NCBI GenBank assembly: GCA_001642005.1
Contig: LWCA01000005.1
Location: 1 to 64,000, forward strand
DNA: 64,000 bases
DNA from: Intoshia linei
Lineage: Eukaryota; Animalia; Orthonectida
Reading direction: 5' to 3'
Shown: piece by piece, positions 24,278 through 37,042 of the stretch
Position numbering within the stretch: position 1 is the first letter of the stretch
Layout: every line of letters begins with the position of its first letter
The notes under the pieces: model-generated
Seen by the model: only the letters and a program-made list of their open reading frames with translations
Database searches by the model: none
Told to the model about the DNA's origin: nothing
Translations under genes and position numbers: made by a program

Positions 24278-24949
24278 CTTCTCGTGTAGATTGTACTGTA
24301 AAAAAATATCCCAGAAATTCTTTAAAAAACCTATGATTAGGGTAAATTTTGCCCTTTTTTTTTTAAAGATAAATTCATAATTGAAATTTTTATAGTTTTA
24401 TTAGATTCACCGGGTCTTTCGTATTTTTGAGCCAATAGTTTAAAAATTTTGTTTCTTTGTTAACAATATACATCAGTGATGGCAAAAGTTGTTTTAGTGT
24501 ACAAAGACAAGATAAAAATTTACACTTAAAACTTAACACTAAAAATTTCTAATTTTATCGATAATTTATTTCCAATTATTATAAAATTGTAATTTATACT
24601 AAAAATAATATTGATAAATTTAATTTTTAAATAATTACATTATATAAAAACAATCTGTATAAAATTTGAAATCTAAAATGAAAATGTTTTTAAAAAAATG
24701 TATCCTTCTTTATCGATAATACTTTGCTATACAGGGCTGAACATCTCCATTTAAAACCATCTATACACACCTTTTTGGAAAAAAACATCTGCTGGTTGCA
24801 CAATGGACATACCTTACATGAACTCATTAGACCTATTCACAATTAAAATAAAAAAAATCAAATTGTTTGCAAAAAGTTATGCTTGCTTCAATGTTTTTAG
24901 TTGCAATATAGAGATTTTCCAAATTAAAATCATCTAAACTCGAAATATC

Positions 24950-25185
24950 CATGCTCATTATAAAAACCATAGGGCCAAAACCCCAAATTACCCTTCTTTT
25001 TTTAATGAAAACAGCCCTAGAATTAAAAAAATTTTCAATCCGAATAAGTGACGACTTCACGGTCAAAAAGGCATTTTAGTATTCACATTTTTTTTTCTAA
25101 ATATTTTATTAAAACGTAAAATGTGAAATAATTAACGGTCTGAAAATTAAAAAAAAAATTATTCTGATCGAGCTTATTCCAGTTC
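24950..25185 (+). mobile_element. Internal fragment of the Helitron family
   Basis: ggccaaaaccccaaattaccc...ccctagaatt...ttcaatccgaataagtgacgacttcacggtcaaaaaggcattttagtattca is shared with 56650-57045 and, inverted, with 4900-4960, 8220-8380 and 63495-63650. Confidence 0.55.
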
Positions 25186-25668
25186 CTTAACTTAAAACTT
25201 GAATTATTTTTCAACGCCACTCCTCGGTAAATTATATAAATGTACATTGCAATGATAACAAACTGTTACATTTTAACTTGAATTTTTCATTAAATAAGCT
25301 AAAGTAATCATTGTATTGATCTTGACTGGTAATTCCAATCTGGAATACCATTCGTAAAGACATCAAGTATATATTTCACACAAAAAAATATCAAATTAGC
25401 CTCAAGTTAAGAATCACTGCAGTGGTAGAGTATTTAAATTCTCCAAACATGATTTAACGTACATGCTGCTACATTTTTATAACCCAAAAGATTCATACAC
25501 GAATAATAAGATTTTCTGAATTTCCATTTTCTGTAATTTAATCGATATCTACAATTAATGAATATTTTCAAAATTCCCAAATATAATTGAAGATTTAATC
25601 ATTTGCATAGTAAAATACAATAATCAACTTTATTTAAATGTAAATTTTATTGATTTTTTTATTTTATT

Positions 25669-27636
25669 ATGAATTTTGTTGACCCTGTGGTTTATGTATT
25701 AGAAAAGCAGGTAATTTATCAGAAAAGAATATAATCATTAAAAATGTTAAAATGTTATTCCAATTGTTTTGGTACCTTTTTCCATTATGGTATATTCAAG
25801 AAATGATTAAATCTTTTCATTTTTAATGTTTAATTTCAATACAATATAAAATTAGACAAGATGTATGACATCAGTTAAAGCAAATAGTGAGACAGTTTCG
25901 TTTATCGTGGGAACTCAATCCCTTACCTCAGAAAATGCCGTAATATACTATTTGTACAATATATATTTCGCAGATTCATCAATTCAAATTTACATCAGAT
26001 AAAAAATTACAAAACACTTTATATACTCACCAAAATGAAATTTGGGACATTGCAAGTTCATATTTTGATGGAAATATCCTGTCTACCAGTTATTGTAGTT
26101 TTCAGTTTAATTTTGATAATTTATTTTTCAACATAGTTGATCCTACCATACAAAAATACTCTACTTCTGTCTGGGAAATGAACGAATCTGAAAATAATTT
26201 AGAACTATTGCATACATTTGCAGACTCAAACACATTATATACGTAAATTTATCTGAATCCATATATAAATATACAGAGCCTACCACCTTTAGGGCTTGAA
26301 AATTAAAAATAGGCTCCTAAAAAATATGCAAACGATGTATAGTGTCATAGTCCTAGCGCCGATACAAGAGTGTTGGACCAAGACTTGTGACTTGATAGTT
26401 TCAATTTAACACATAAAATGCATGTAGTTATGATATTCAAGAATATCATTTTTAATGCAATTTAGAGATGTGGCCCCATTTTACCAAAGTTTTGTCGTGC
26501 CCGAAGAGCGGTCTCTGATACGGTAGGTTCGACACTGTTCATGTAGTAGGGTCGGTATACTATGTAGAACATTTTAACTCTTTCATGTTCAGACTTTTAT
26601 GGAACCCTGTTCAAGAGAATTGTATCGCACTTTGCAATGAAAAATCAATTGAATTGTATGATATTAACGAAGAAAAAGCTATTTCCAGTGTAATATAAAA
26701 TGTAAAAATAAACCAGTAAATAGAATCCAACATTTTCATATTTGTTTGATAAAGAATACATGATTGGTAGAAAATTTACTATTGCCAAATGGTCCATGCA
26801 TTATGGAGGAAACCAAATGTTTTGTTCTCACGATTATAACGTATACAGTTTCGATAAAAGAACCAACAAGTAACATTTATGCAATTTTTTTTAACATTTT
26901 AATATTTCGTCTAGAAAAATTGATAATCTTTTTTTATCTCACAAATATCAAATACGTGATTTCGATTTCAATCCCAATGCTTATTATCAAATAGTTACAG
27001 CTACAGATAATGGGTTTTTAACTTTTTGGGATGTACGTTCCGCTAAAGAACCAATATACAGTTTTAAAGTACACCACAACTGGTAAAATTGTAATTATAT
27101 TGGCTAATTTTTGATTAAGGATATGGAATGTTCGATATAATCCATCTCACGACGAGTTGGTTTTGTCTTCTAGTAGTGATACAAGAGTAAAATTAACTAG
27201 AACCGGAAATATTTCATCCGCAGCGTTGTTTGAAACAAAATCTGAACATTTGGAAAAAAAATATGAAGACGATAAAATTGAAGATTGTGTGGAATTGTGT
27301 CTAAATGATAAGTGTGTCTCTAGTAATTCCACTTTGAATGGGTTCGATGATCTTAGAGATCAAACTACCAAAAATGAAAGATCAGCGTATACCAATTTTA
27401 TTTAAAAATTTTTTATTGTTTTAGAAATCTCAAAAAAAATCCACATATTTTACGAACGTACATAATTCTTTTTCATTTTTTTATTTCAATATTTTAGGTA
27501 TGATGACAACGAAGACAGTGTTTATTCCATGGAATGGTCATCTGCAGATCCTTGGATATTTGCTTCATTGAGTTACGATGGACGTTTTACTATTAATTGC
27601 ATTGATCGTAAAATCAAATATGAAATTTTATTATGA
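25669..27636 (+). CDS. EIPR1: EARP/GARP-interacting WD40 protein EIPR1 (TSSC1); multi-exon
   Basis: [14 protein letters not shown]|TRCMT...[32 protein letters not shown]...[32 protein letters not shown], and C-terminal [25 protein letters not shown]...KIKYEILL*. Confidence 0.92.
26273..26531. mobile_element. Degenerate hAT-like repeat in an EIPR1 intron
   Basis: CAGAGCCTACC start and ...CGGTAGGTTCG end. Interior homologous to about 42385-42575 in DTD1 intron 3. Confidence 0.45.
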
Positions 27637-27727
27637 TTTGAAATTTATCTTTAATCACTATTTATTTATTTTTTATTGGTGAAATAAATTTTTTTTTATT
27701 AATTTGTCTAAAATTTACACTTTAAAT

Positions 27728-27985
27728 CAGGGGTCGGCCACCAGTGGCTCACAAACTAATTTTGGTGGCCCTTTGAGTAAATATGTAAATTATCTATTTT
27801 TAAATTTTTCGACTTATAAACACCGTTTTAAATATTTTCTACTATAATTGGCTCGTTATAATTATTTTATTATTTTTAATATACTAGAACCGTTTCTCTT
27901 CAGTTAAAATTTTCAAAAACGAGGCCCGTATAAATTTTTGATATAAAAAAGTGGCCCACGAGATGCAAAAGGTTGCCGACCCCTG
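27728..27985. mobile_element. Buster-type hAT MITE
   Basis: TIR CAGGGGTCGGC / GCCGACCCCTG; perfect TSD ctttaaat. Confidence 0.9.
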
Positions 27986-28069
27986 CTTTAAATAAATATT
28001 TAAAGTTATGTACCAGCGATGCCGAACTGTTTATATGGTTTTAAAACATATATTGGCTTTAGTCTAACT

Positions 28070-28303
28070 CAGAGGTGGGGAAAGTGCGGTCTTAAGGCCA
28101 CATGCGCCTTCTGAACAATTTGAATTAATTAATTTTTGGTAAAATGGGATTTTTCAGATTTATCATTCACTCCTTTGAAGACCAATCACCCCACAAAAAG
28201 CACTGCTGTATTTGATTACATTTTATTTAGAAAAATGCGGCCTTATTAAATTTTTTTGGGACGTTAATGCGGTCTTTGAACAGTAAATGCTTCCCGACCT
28301 CTG
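28070..28303. mobile_element. Buster-type hAT MITE, CAGAGGTGGGGAA family
   Basis: TIR CAGAGGTGGGGAA / TTCCCGACCTCTG; TSD gtctaact/gtctagcc. Relatives at about 44040-44453 and 48868-49324. Confidence 0.8.
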
Positions 28304-28460
28304 GTCTAGCCCTTTTTAGTTAATGAACTCTTAATCTTTTTGAGGTTATCGCACAGAACAGATAAAATTTTAACGTTCCATGTTCCGTTAACATAAATGT
28401 ATTAGTGAAATAAATTAAATTAATTTTGGAAGAAACCAATTTAATTGATATGAAATGTAA

Positions 28461-31400
28461 TTATATTGCAAGATTTGAATATAAATCTGTTAATATTTTT
28501 TCATTTTCTAGTTTGTGAAATTTGACAATGCCAGAGGCAGGTGAACTTGAAACATTGCGTCCATTATAAATTAATTTCAAATTCAAAATATTGCTTAATC
28601 TTTCATTGACAAATGACCACGGTCCATTATTTTGATGTTCTTCTTGTGACCAAACGTACGATTTAACATTTGGATATCCCTTTAAAATTTTTGAAATTTC
28701 ATAAACTGGAAATGGACACAACTGTTCAATTCTTAAAATTGCCATTTGATTAGAAATATTTTTATCCCACTTTAAACGTTCATTGTTTAATGTATAAAAA
28801 TGTTTACCTGAAACTAAAACAGCGCATTTTACATTCTGTTTACTATTTGGATTGTGACGCGGGTCATCCAATACTGACTGGAAAGTATTTTCACCTTGAA
28901 ACTGACTTATTGGAGATGCCATTTCGGTAGATTTCAGTAAAGCCTTTGGAGTCATTAAAATAAGAGGTTTTCGAATATAGGAAATCATCTGCCTTCTAAG
29001 AATGTGAAAATATTGAGCCGCGGTACTGGGGTTAGCAATGTACATATTCACATCATCACCGCTGATGGAATCAGGTAAATCATTTGAAAGCTGTAAATAA
29101 CGTTCTAAACGAGAAGAAGAATGCTCAGAACCCATTCCATCCAAACCATGAGGCAGAAGTAAAACTATGGAAGATTGTTGGCCCCATTTGGACTCTCCGC
29201 TAGAAATAAACGCATCAATAATAATTTGGGCACCATTAGCAAAATCACCAAATTGTGCTTCCCATATTACCAATCTGTTTCGACTTTGAACGCTCATACC
29301 ATATTCAAATCCCAATACTGCAAATTCCGAGAGGGGACTATTTACAATTTCGAATTTTCCAGGTTTCAAGTATTTAAACGGGATAAATCTTTCACCTGTA
29401 TTTTGATCATTTAAAATTGCGTGCCTTTGACTGAATGTACCTCTACCGGCCTCTTGACCACATATTCGCACGTTAAACCCATTCAGTAGTAACCCACCTA
29501 CAGCAAGATTTTCTGCGGTAGGCCAATCTATTTTTGTATCATTATTAAATTTTTTTAGCATTTTTTGTTTTGGGACAATTAATGATTTTAGTAAATTAGG
29601 ATGGATATTAAAATTTTTAGGGTAATTTATGGAGCAATTCAAAATTGTTTGCATGTTTTCAATAGAAATTCCAGTCCTATATCGATTTATAACATTTTCT
29701 GCAAATTGTGGTTTGCAATAAGTTTTAAAAGTTTTTTTAAAGGTATCGGAAAACACATCTTTATATGATTTGTTTAATTCTGCTTTATAGTCATCAACAC
29801 TAGATTTAATAAAATTTAAATTATCAACAGTAAATGCTGATTTTGAATGTTCAAAGAAATATTGCGGTATTGATAATTTATTGTCAATTTGTTTGTACAA
29901 TAAAGGATTAGTAAATCTAGCTTCATCCATTTCATTATGTCCGTGTTTTCTAAAACATACAAGTTCTACAAATATATCTTTTGAAAATTTGTTTCGATAT
30001 TTCATTGCTAAACGTGCTGCTTTTTTTATACCAGAAATGTTATATCCATTAACGTGAATAACCGGACAACTCGTTAATTTTGCAATATCGGTGCAATATC
30101 TAGTGGACCGCGCTTCAAACGACTCAGTAGTAAAGCTTAATAGATTGTTAATAACCAAATGAATAGATCCGCCAACCCTAAAACCGTCCAATTGACTCAT
30201 GTTTAAACTTTCCATAACCGATCCTTGTCCAATCAAAGCTCCGTCTCCATGTACCTGTAAACATAATGAGTCGGTTTGTTCCTGTGCCCCTCTAGCCATT
30301 CCAAGTGCAACTGAATTCACAGCTTCTAAATGGGATGAATTGGGTAGCAAATGCACTTTTAGCTGAGCGTCAGACATTTTTTTATCAAAATTCTTTGTCA
30401 CAAATAAATGTGATAGTACATCTCCAGTTAAAATTGGTATATTTTCATTTTTAACTAAACTGGGTTTACAAAAATCTGAATTAAACTCTTCCAAACCATT
30501 AAATTTATAAAACATTTCAGTCAAAGAATATTCTAATATTAATTGAATCGTATTTAATCTTCCCCTATGAGCCATGCACCACAAAATATTACAAATTTCA
30601 TTAAGTTGACATTCCTTGATAATAGTATCATAAAATATGTTTACACTTTCACAACCTTCCGATCCATATCTTTTAGTTGTAGTATATTTTTTTGCCATAA
30701 AATGGTCAAAAGCTTCACATTTCAACAGAAGAATTGAGTCTTTTATAAATGCAGGGTTATTCACGTCTAAAAATAAATTGATTATAGTAAAATACAGCGA
30801 TTCTCAACTTTTCTTAAAAACAAAACAATTCGTCGTTCTACAAAACTACCAAATCCTGACGAACGAAGCTATTAACAATTTCAAAGGGAAATATCAATGC
30901 TGTGTCATGTGTTTTTTTTCATATTGCATGGCATATCTTTCAAAAATGAATTTTATCATTCAAATATAATTGATAGTTAAATTACAACGCACAACACAAA
31001 TAGTGATTGCAAAACTAATACTGAACAAAATTTTTTTTAGCCTACGAAATTAGTCTGCGTTAAAAATTTGTTTGTCTGATAATTTTAATTGGTTTCTATA
31101 TTTGAGTGCATTTTTAGTTTTATTTCTCATTTATCATGTCGATATATGTTACAATTATTAAAAAGTCTATTTGATAATATTGATAATGTAGTCTAGTAAA
31201 TGATTATTTAGTTTTACACCAACTTTAAAATTTTTCATGGACACGGTTGAGAATCAATGATTAAAAATAATTACAATTAGCATCGAAATTACTACACTTC
31301 AACAATTATCCATGGATATATCCTGGAAGTGGACCCACTCTTAAATTTTTCAAAACCCAAGTATAATAATCTCGGAACTGATTACAATTACCTTTAAAAT

Positions 31401-31749
31401 TTTCTTCATATTGATGAAATAGCCAATTTTGTTCATTTTCTGGTAAATAATCAAATTCAACTGTAATAGTTTCTGAATATAATTTATGAAATTTCTCAAA
31501 ATTTTTTCTGGTTTTCAATTTTTCAAATATTTTTAAAATATTCTCATTTTCATTCCTGTAATTCATGTAATGATTAGGAAAAGAAGAACAACTTGTAGAA
31601 ATAATGTGACCATTTTTTCTAAACAATTTTAGTAAATCGGTAATTTCACCTTCTTTTAATGGAGAAAACGAAAATTTGCGAGGTAATTGATTAAATTGAC
31701 ATTTTTTATGAATTTTTTTATATAATTGAGCATATACGCTACGGTACAT
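28461..31749 (-). CDS. DHTKD1: 2-oxoadipate dehydrogenase E1 component, mitochondrial; exons 31749-31392 and 30766-28461
   Basis: KRYGSEGCES and GDVLSHL are DHTKD1-type (OGDH has GDVKYHL). Also SHLEAVN, ThDP motif HGDGA...INN, GRGTFSQRH, NSPLSEFAVLGFEYG, WEAQFGDF and WSQEEH. In-frame splice aaag|gtaatt...ttag|ac. Basic N-terminal presequence MYRSVYAQLYKKIHKK. Confidence 0.93.
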
Positions 31750-32264
31750 GACAAATTTTATATTGTATACTGGATTAATCAAACTTTCAATTTTTTCGTT
31801 TCTTGGTAAATTTTGTTTGCATTTTCAAGATACAAAAATTCAAAACTAAAACGCAATATACATAGATTTATAAGGACTCAAAGCAGAATAAGATTATTGA
31901 TATCAATGCATTTATATTTTCATTTGAAACAAAATAGGCTCTTAACTTTGTATCATTTTTTTGGATTCAACTAAACGTTAGCTTTATACCTCGAAATCAT
32001 CAATAACGTTTCAATTTTATAAATATGCAGAACTAGAAGTATAAGGAACTACAATAGTTATTGTTACATAAATTTCAATACGATTTTAATACAAATTAAT
32101 AAAGAAAACTAATAAAGTACTATAATTTTAAAAATTAATTTTTTCACTTTTTATAATTTTTAATTTGAACATTACCTTATTTATTATATATACTGTATCA
32201 GAAATCATCATGACTATTTTATATTACTAAATTATCGTTGATATATTAAACGCAATTAAATTAA

Positions 32265-35200
32265 ATGTCTATTATACAGAATCACTCCTCGTTTGAACCA
32301 AAAGAGGACACTTTAAATAATGTACATAATGGAAATGATATTTCTATTACCAAACCTATTCATGACTCAAACCAAAAATCAGTCATTATCAAATTATATA
32401 CTAATAATGAAAGGTTTTTTAGATATATTTTATATTAATAATATTATTTTTCATGTATTTATTTAAGATTAATATATTTATATTTTTAGATTGAAATTTG
32501 AAGAAACCACTCTATCTGTACTTGATAATGTTGACGAATCAAGTTTGAGCTCATTAGTAAATTCTCTCTTGGAATTGGGTGGGTTTTATATACGGTACAA
32601 ACCCTATTTGACAAAATTTTTGGAACCAGTTTTAAAACGTTTCATGGATTAATGTGAATATTTATCAAGGAGTAATTACCGTTTATAAAAGGGACGTTTT
32701 AGATTTTTTTAGAAATTAAGTGTGGCTTTATGTAATTAAAAATAATTAATTGATAACTAATAATTGAATCTTTAGAAGAAACTGGACCAAGTTATACATT
32801 TTTTGTAGAAGAAAAACTGTTACAGTCAAATTTATCGTGTATAATATCTTCGCAACACTTGAGCAGGGTATATATTACATTTTTAAAATTTAATGTTTTA
32901 TTTTAGGAAAGTGTTATAAATATAGAATTTGAAGAAAAACCAACTCCACCATCACCATTTAATTCATTTGAACATGATGATTGGGTTAAGTCTATCTTTT
33001 TATCAAATAAATGGTAATAATTTGAGTCTGCACCATTTTAAACTATTACACATTCTTAAATTATACAATATTTTAGCATTTATGCTGGATTATTTAATGG
33101 CAAAATTACTATATCAAACATTAAAACTTTAGAAAAATTAATCACTAAAAAATTGCACAATGGAGTTATTAATCGTGTGATAAGTCTATGTATGAAATAT
33201 AAACGCTAATAATTATATTTACAAGTTTGGTAAAATACAGGAATATCTCGTGGTTAAGTTATAAAATCCTGTCTATTTTTGAGAATCGTAACGAAAAGGT
33301 TGGTATACATTAGGGTGATTCATTTTTGAGTTTTTTTTTGAATTTCAAAAACTATTTTTGCATACCATTTTGTATAAGTAGGAGCAGACCACAAAAATTT
33401 TTTCAAAATTATAAAAATTTCCCCTGCCCCGGTAAGAGTAATATTTATTTTTTTAGATAATCTGATGTTTTAGCTTTCGGGTGTTTTTTTCTATGCTCTT
33501 CGACATCATGTATCAGGTTTTATTTAGAATCTTCATTTATGGGTCCAACATTTTGATATTGGTCAATCAATACCACTGCACATTCTGAGATATCATTGAC
33601 CACCTAGATTACATTTATATAAAATCTATAAAACGTATATAATAAACTAGAAATAAATAAAATATCCTTTAAAGATAATATAAATATGTCAGCCTTATAA
33701 AAGATTCATGTGAAGACAATTCATTTACGGGGTATTGCAATATGTCCAGAGTTATCACATTGAATCTGAATTCATGTGTGACAAATTTCGAAAATCAAAA
33801 TAAATTTGGATTGAAAACTATAATATATAATCAAAAATTTAAATTAATAATAAAATTAGTAATTCTGGATAATTTAATCACTTCTAATACATTACAATTT
33901 ATCCTTGCATAAAATATTACATTGTATAATATAGGCATTCTCAACCCTTTTTCGCTGTGCACCCCTAAGATGATATTACAAAAAACCTGTGGACCCCAAA
34001 AAAATTAAAAATAATGACAATTTTTAATGAATCATTACTTTTGGGTGAAACCAATGATGGTCAAAAGACGTGGAATACTCTACTTTTGCGAGATGATGAA
34101 CTATTAATATTAACCTTTAAGCCGTCAATGTTCCCAAAATGGAACATGTTCTTCATGTATTGTTTACAGTACATTATTAATTGTTTACTACATATTTTAT
34201 TACATCAATAAAAATTTTATATTATCTATCTTTCCTGTGAAAAATTAATATTTTATATCTCTTGGTTGATGTATCATAGAATCATGAATATTGACTGATT
34301 TTTTGTCCCATTTTCAATTTGAAATTTAAAGCTTCTTTTATGACTAGAAACTTGGCTCGGTCATAAATTTTAATAAAATAATTAAATAAAAACGCTGCTC
34401 TTAAAATAGAACAATGGAGGTTTCCCAATCAGTTTTTACACAGGTAAGTAATTTAATTTAATACCAAAGAATTTACTTTGACATGATTTCCATGTTTTAT
34501 ATTAGTATTTCTGAGTCTTTATGTTACTGAAAATGTCTATAATATGTATATAAATGTATATTATTTTCATGGACCCCAAAAAAGTGCTGTGGACCCCTTG
34601 GGGTCCACATGAACCCCGTTAAGAATGGTTGGTATAATATACAATGTATATATACAAAAATGAACTATAATAAAATTCTTATTTTTAGTTTATAAAAAAG
34701 ATAAAAAGAGTTGGTTGATAAAATTGTGGCATTTTTAAAATTTTTTTAGATAATGATGTTCTAAATTACATTTCAGAACCTCAGTAAAATATACTTTTTT
34801 TAATTCAAATAAAAGTGTCAAAAGTGCACACCCTAATATATAATTATAAAAATATGTGTATTTATATGTATATTGTTGTATGTTACTTATTGGTTTTACA
34901 GACGTGTAAATCATTTTGAAGTATAATACTTTTAATGCCCTGGCTCTAAAATCTATTATATTGTATAGTTACACGAAACGAATATGATACAATTGCTACA
35001 ATATCGGCAGACAAATCATTCATTTATTCCATCATTAAAGATTCAGACATTTTTCCAGTTTTTGTTTTTAAGGGACACACTCAACCCATCGAATCATTCC
35101 ATTTAACACAGAATAACAATTCAAATAATGTAATTTTTTATTATTATAACAAAAGTATACATTTTTGAAATGTAACAATGGCTTAGATAGGTAATAGTCA

Positions 35201-36712
35201 CAATTTAATTTGTTGCGGCACGTATATATTAAATTAAGTTTAAATTGGTCTATATCAGGGGTGTCAATTATGGAATGTGCGTTATAATATAAATTTTTAT
35301 AACAATTTTTTACACATGTTTCTTTTTTTACAGTTTTTTCATATATTTTTCATGATTATAATTTTAACATTATTTGTAGTTATTCCATTATTTTTTATTT
35401 TATTTTATGAATTAAAATTATTATAAATTAATTAAAACAGTTAGTTTTAACATAATGTTTTGAGTAAAGTGATTTTTGTGCGGTCCGCGTAATAATTTAT
35501 TTTCACATTTGGTCTACCAAGAAAATTGAGTCGGAGGCCCCTGGTCTATATCCATTTATTATAGTATATATTATTTTAGATCGTAACAGTTTCTCGAGAT
35601 AAATCTATGAAATTATGGACTCTCGGTTATATTTTTTTATTTTTTATAATATAATTTTAGATGAAAACGATATTGATTATTTTTGTAATGTAGAGTCGCA
35701 TGTGGGTCTCAAAGAAATGGTTGAAAATTGACGAAACGTTATCATAATATAATTTAGCATCCTGTATTAACAATAATGGAACATACAGACTGTGTAATGG
35801 ACGTACAATGGACAGATGTAGATGAAATTGTTTCTTGTTCATTAGATGAATCCATACGAATATGGGATATGAATCGAGCCACTACTAAACTTACCATCGT
35901 AATTCAAACATACTGTTTAAATTACATTTTCAATTTAGGGAGGTAGCGTACCACATTTATCAGTAGATTACTCCAAAGAAAATGGACTATTCATAACGGG
36001 CTCAACTGATCCACATGTACGATTATGGGATGCTAGGACAACAGGTTTTATTATATCAATACGTAATAACGTAAATATTACCTAACCGATTGGATAAAAT
36101 ACACGATCAATTTAAGATATTATATTGGTCCTAATGTATTAAATGTATGTTAGTGTTGAATCCAGGGGTTTACAAAATGGGCAGTTTTGGCAAATGAAAT
36201 TTTTTCCTCTAAACGTTATTTACTTAACACTTAACATAACATAATTTCTTTTTTACATTACAACCTCAAAAATGATTGATAATAAATTATCAGCCAAAAT
36301 TTTTTATTGAATCTTTAAAAAATGTATATCATTTATAGCTTCAGGTCAGTATTTTATATTTTTTAATTACATGTAAAAAGAACCAATAATATTTTGAAAA
36401 ATTATTTACAATTCAATTTAGATGCAGTAACTTACTTGAAACGATCTTATTCATCACATTCGAATTGGGTTTCAAGTGTAAAATTTTTAAGAGGAAATTT
36501 GTTTTTTTCTGGTTCATATGATGGCTTAACAAAAATGTGGGATTTACGAAAGTAATTGTGTTGATGAATTTATTCTCATGATAATATTTAGTCCTTCTAC
36601 TTCTATTTACGATATGCTTGGACACGAAGATAAAATTTTCGATATTGATTATAACGACGAGTATATTGGAAGCGCTTCTGCTGATGGAAAATGTATGATT
36701 TTTAAATATTAA
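32265..36712 (+). CDS. WDR12: Ribosome biogenesis protein WDR12/Ytm1; multi-exon
   Basis: NLE domain (IKLYTNNE..., LSSLVNSLL, ESVINIEF), then PPSPFNSFEHDDW, FKGHTQPI, SCSLDESIRIWDM, ITGSTDPHVRLWDAR, SHSNWVSSV, SGSYDGLTKMWDLR and YDMLGHEDKIF...SASADG...FKY*. Confidence 0.9.
33311..34835 (-). mobile_element. hATm-type element with transposase C-terminal remnant, in a WDR12 intron
   Basis: TAGGGTG...CACCCTA termini. The minus strand at about 33610-33465 reads VVNDISECAVVLIDQYQ...NLIHDVEEHRKKHPKAK, the hATm C-terminal pattern VVND.AE..V.LI...VE.HRK..P. Confidence 0.65.
33932..34631. mobile_element. Buster-type MITE nested in the hATm element
   Basis: TIR TAGGCATTCTCAAC / GTTAAGAATGGTTG; perfect TSD gtataata. 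Same family as 21290-21793. Confidence 0.85.
35256..35543. mobile_element. Buster-type hAT MITE in a WDR12 intron
   Basis: CAGGGG...CCCCTG termini; perfect TSD gtctatat. Confidence 0.8.
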
Positions 36713-37042
36713 AAATTTTTTTCATGTTATCTTACATTTATATTTTCATGTTCATAAACTCATTAGTTGGATCGATTAGTATTAAATATTGTTATTATTA
36801 ACTACATGTTAGCTGCACTCGTTTTGCGGGTATATCGGTGATTCTAATTTTGGTTTTAAACTTTACTTGATTTTGATGAGAGTATTTTTGCTCTATTTGA
36901 ATCATTAGTAATTAATAATTATTTATCTAATGGAGTATTAGTGTTGATAATGATAAACTAGTTTCTTTTATCGATAGAAAATCTTTATAGCAATTTTGTC
37001 TGGTTTTTGTTATTAATTAAAGTTTTTATATTGGTGTTATTA

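Noticed and set aside
34441-34451. ACTTACCTG on the minus strand resembling the U1 snRNA 5' end (also about 63892)
   Set aside because: No U1 stem-loops or Sm site follow, and both lie inside TEs.
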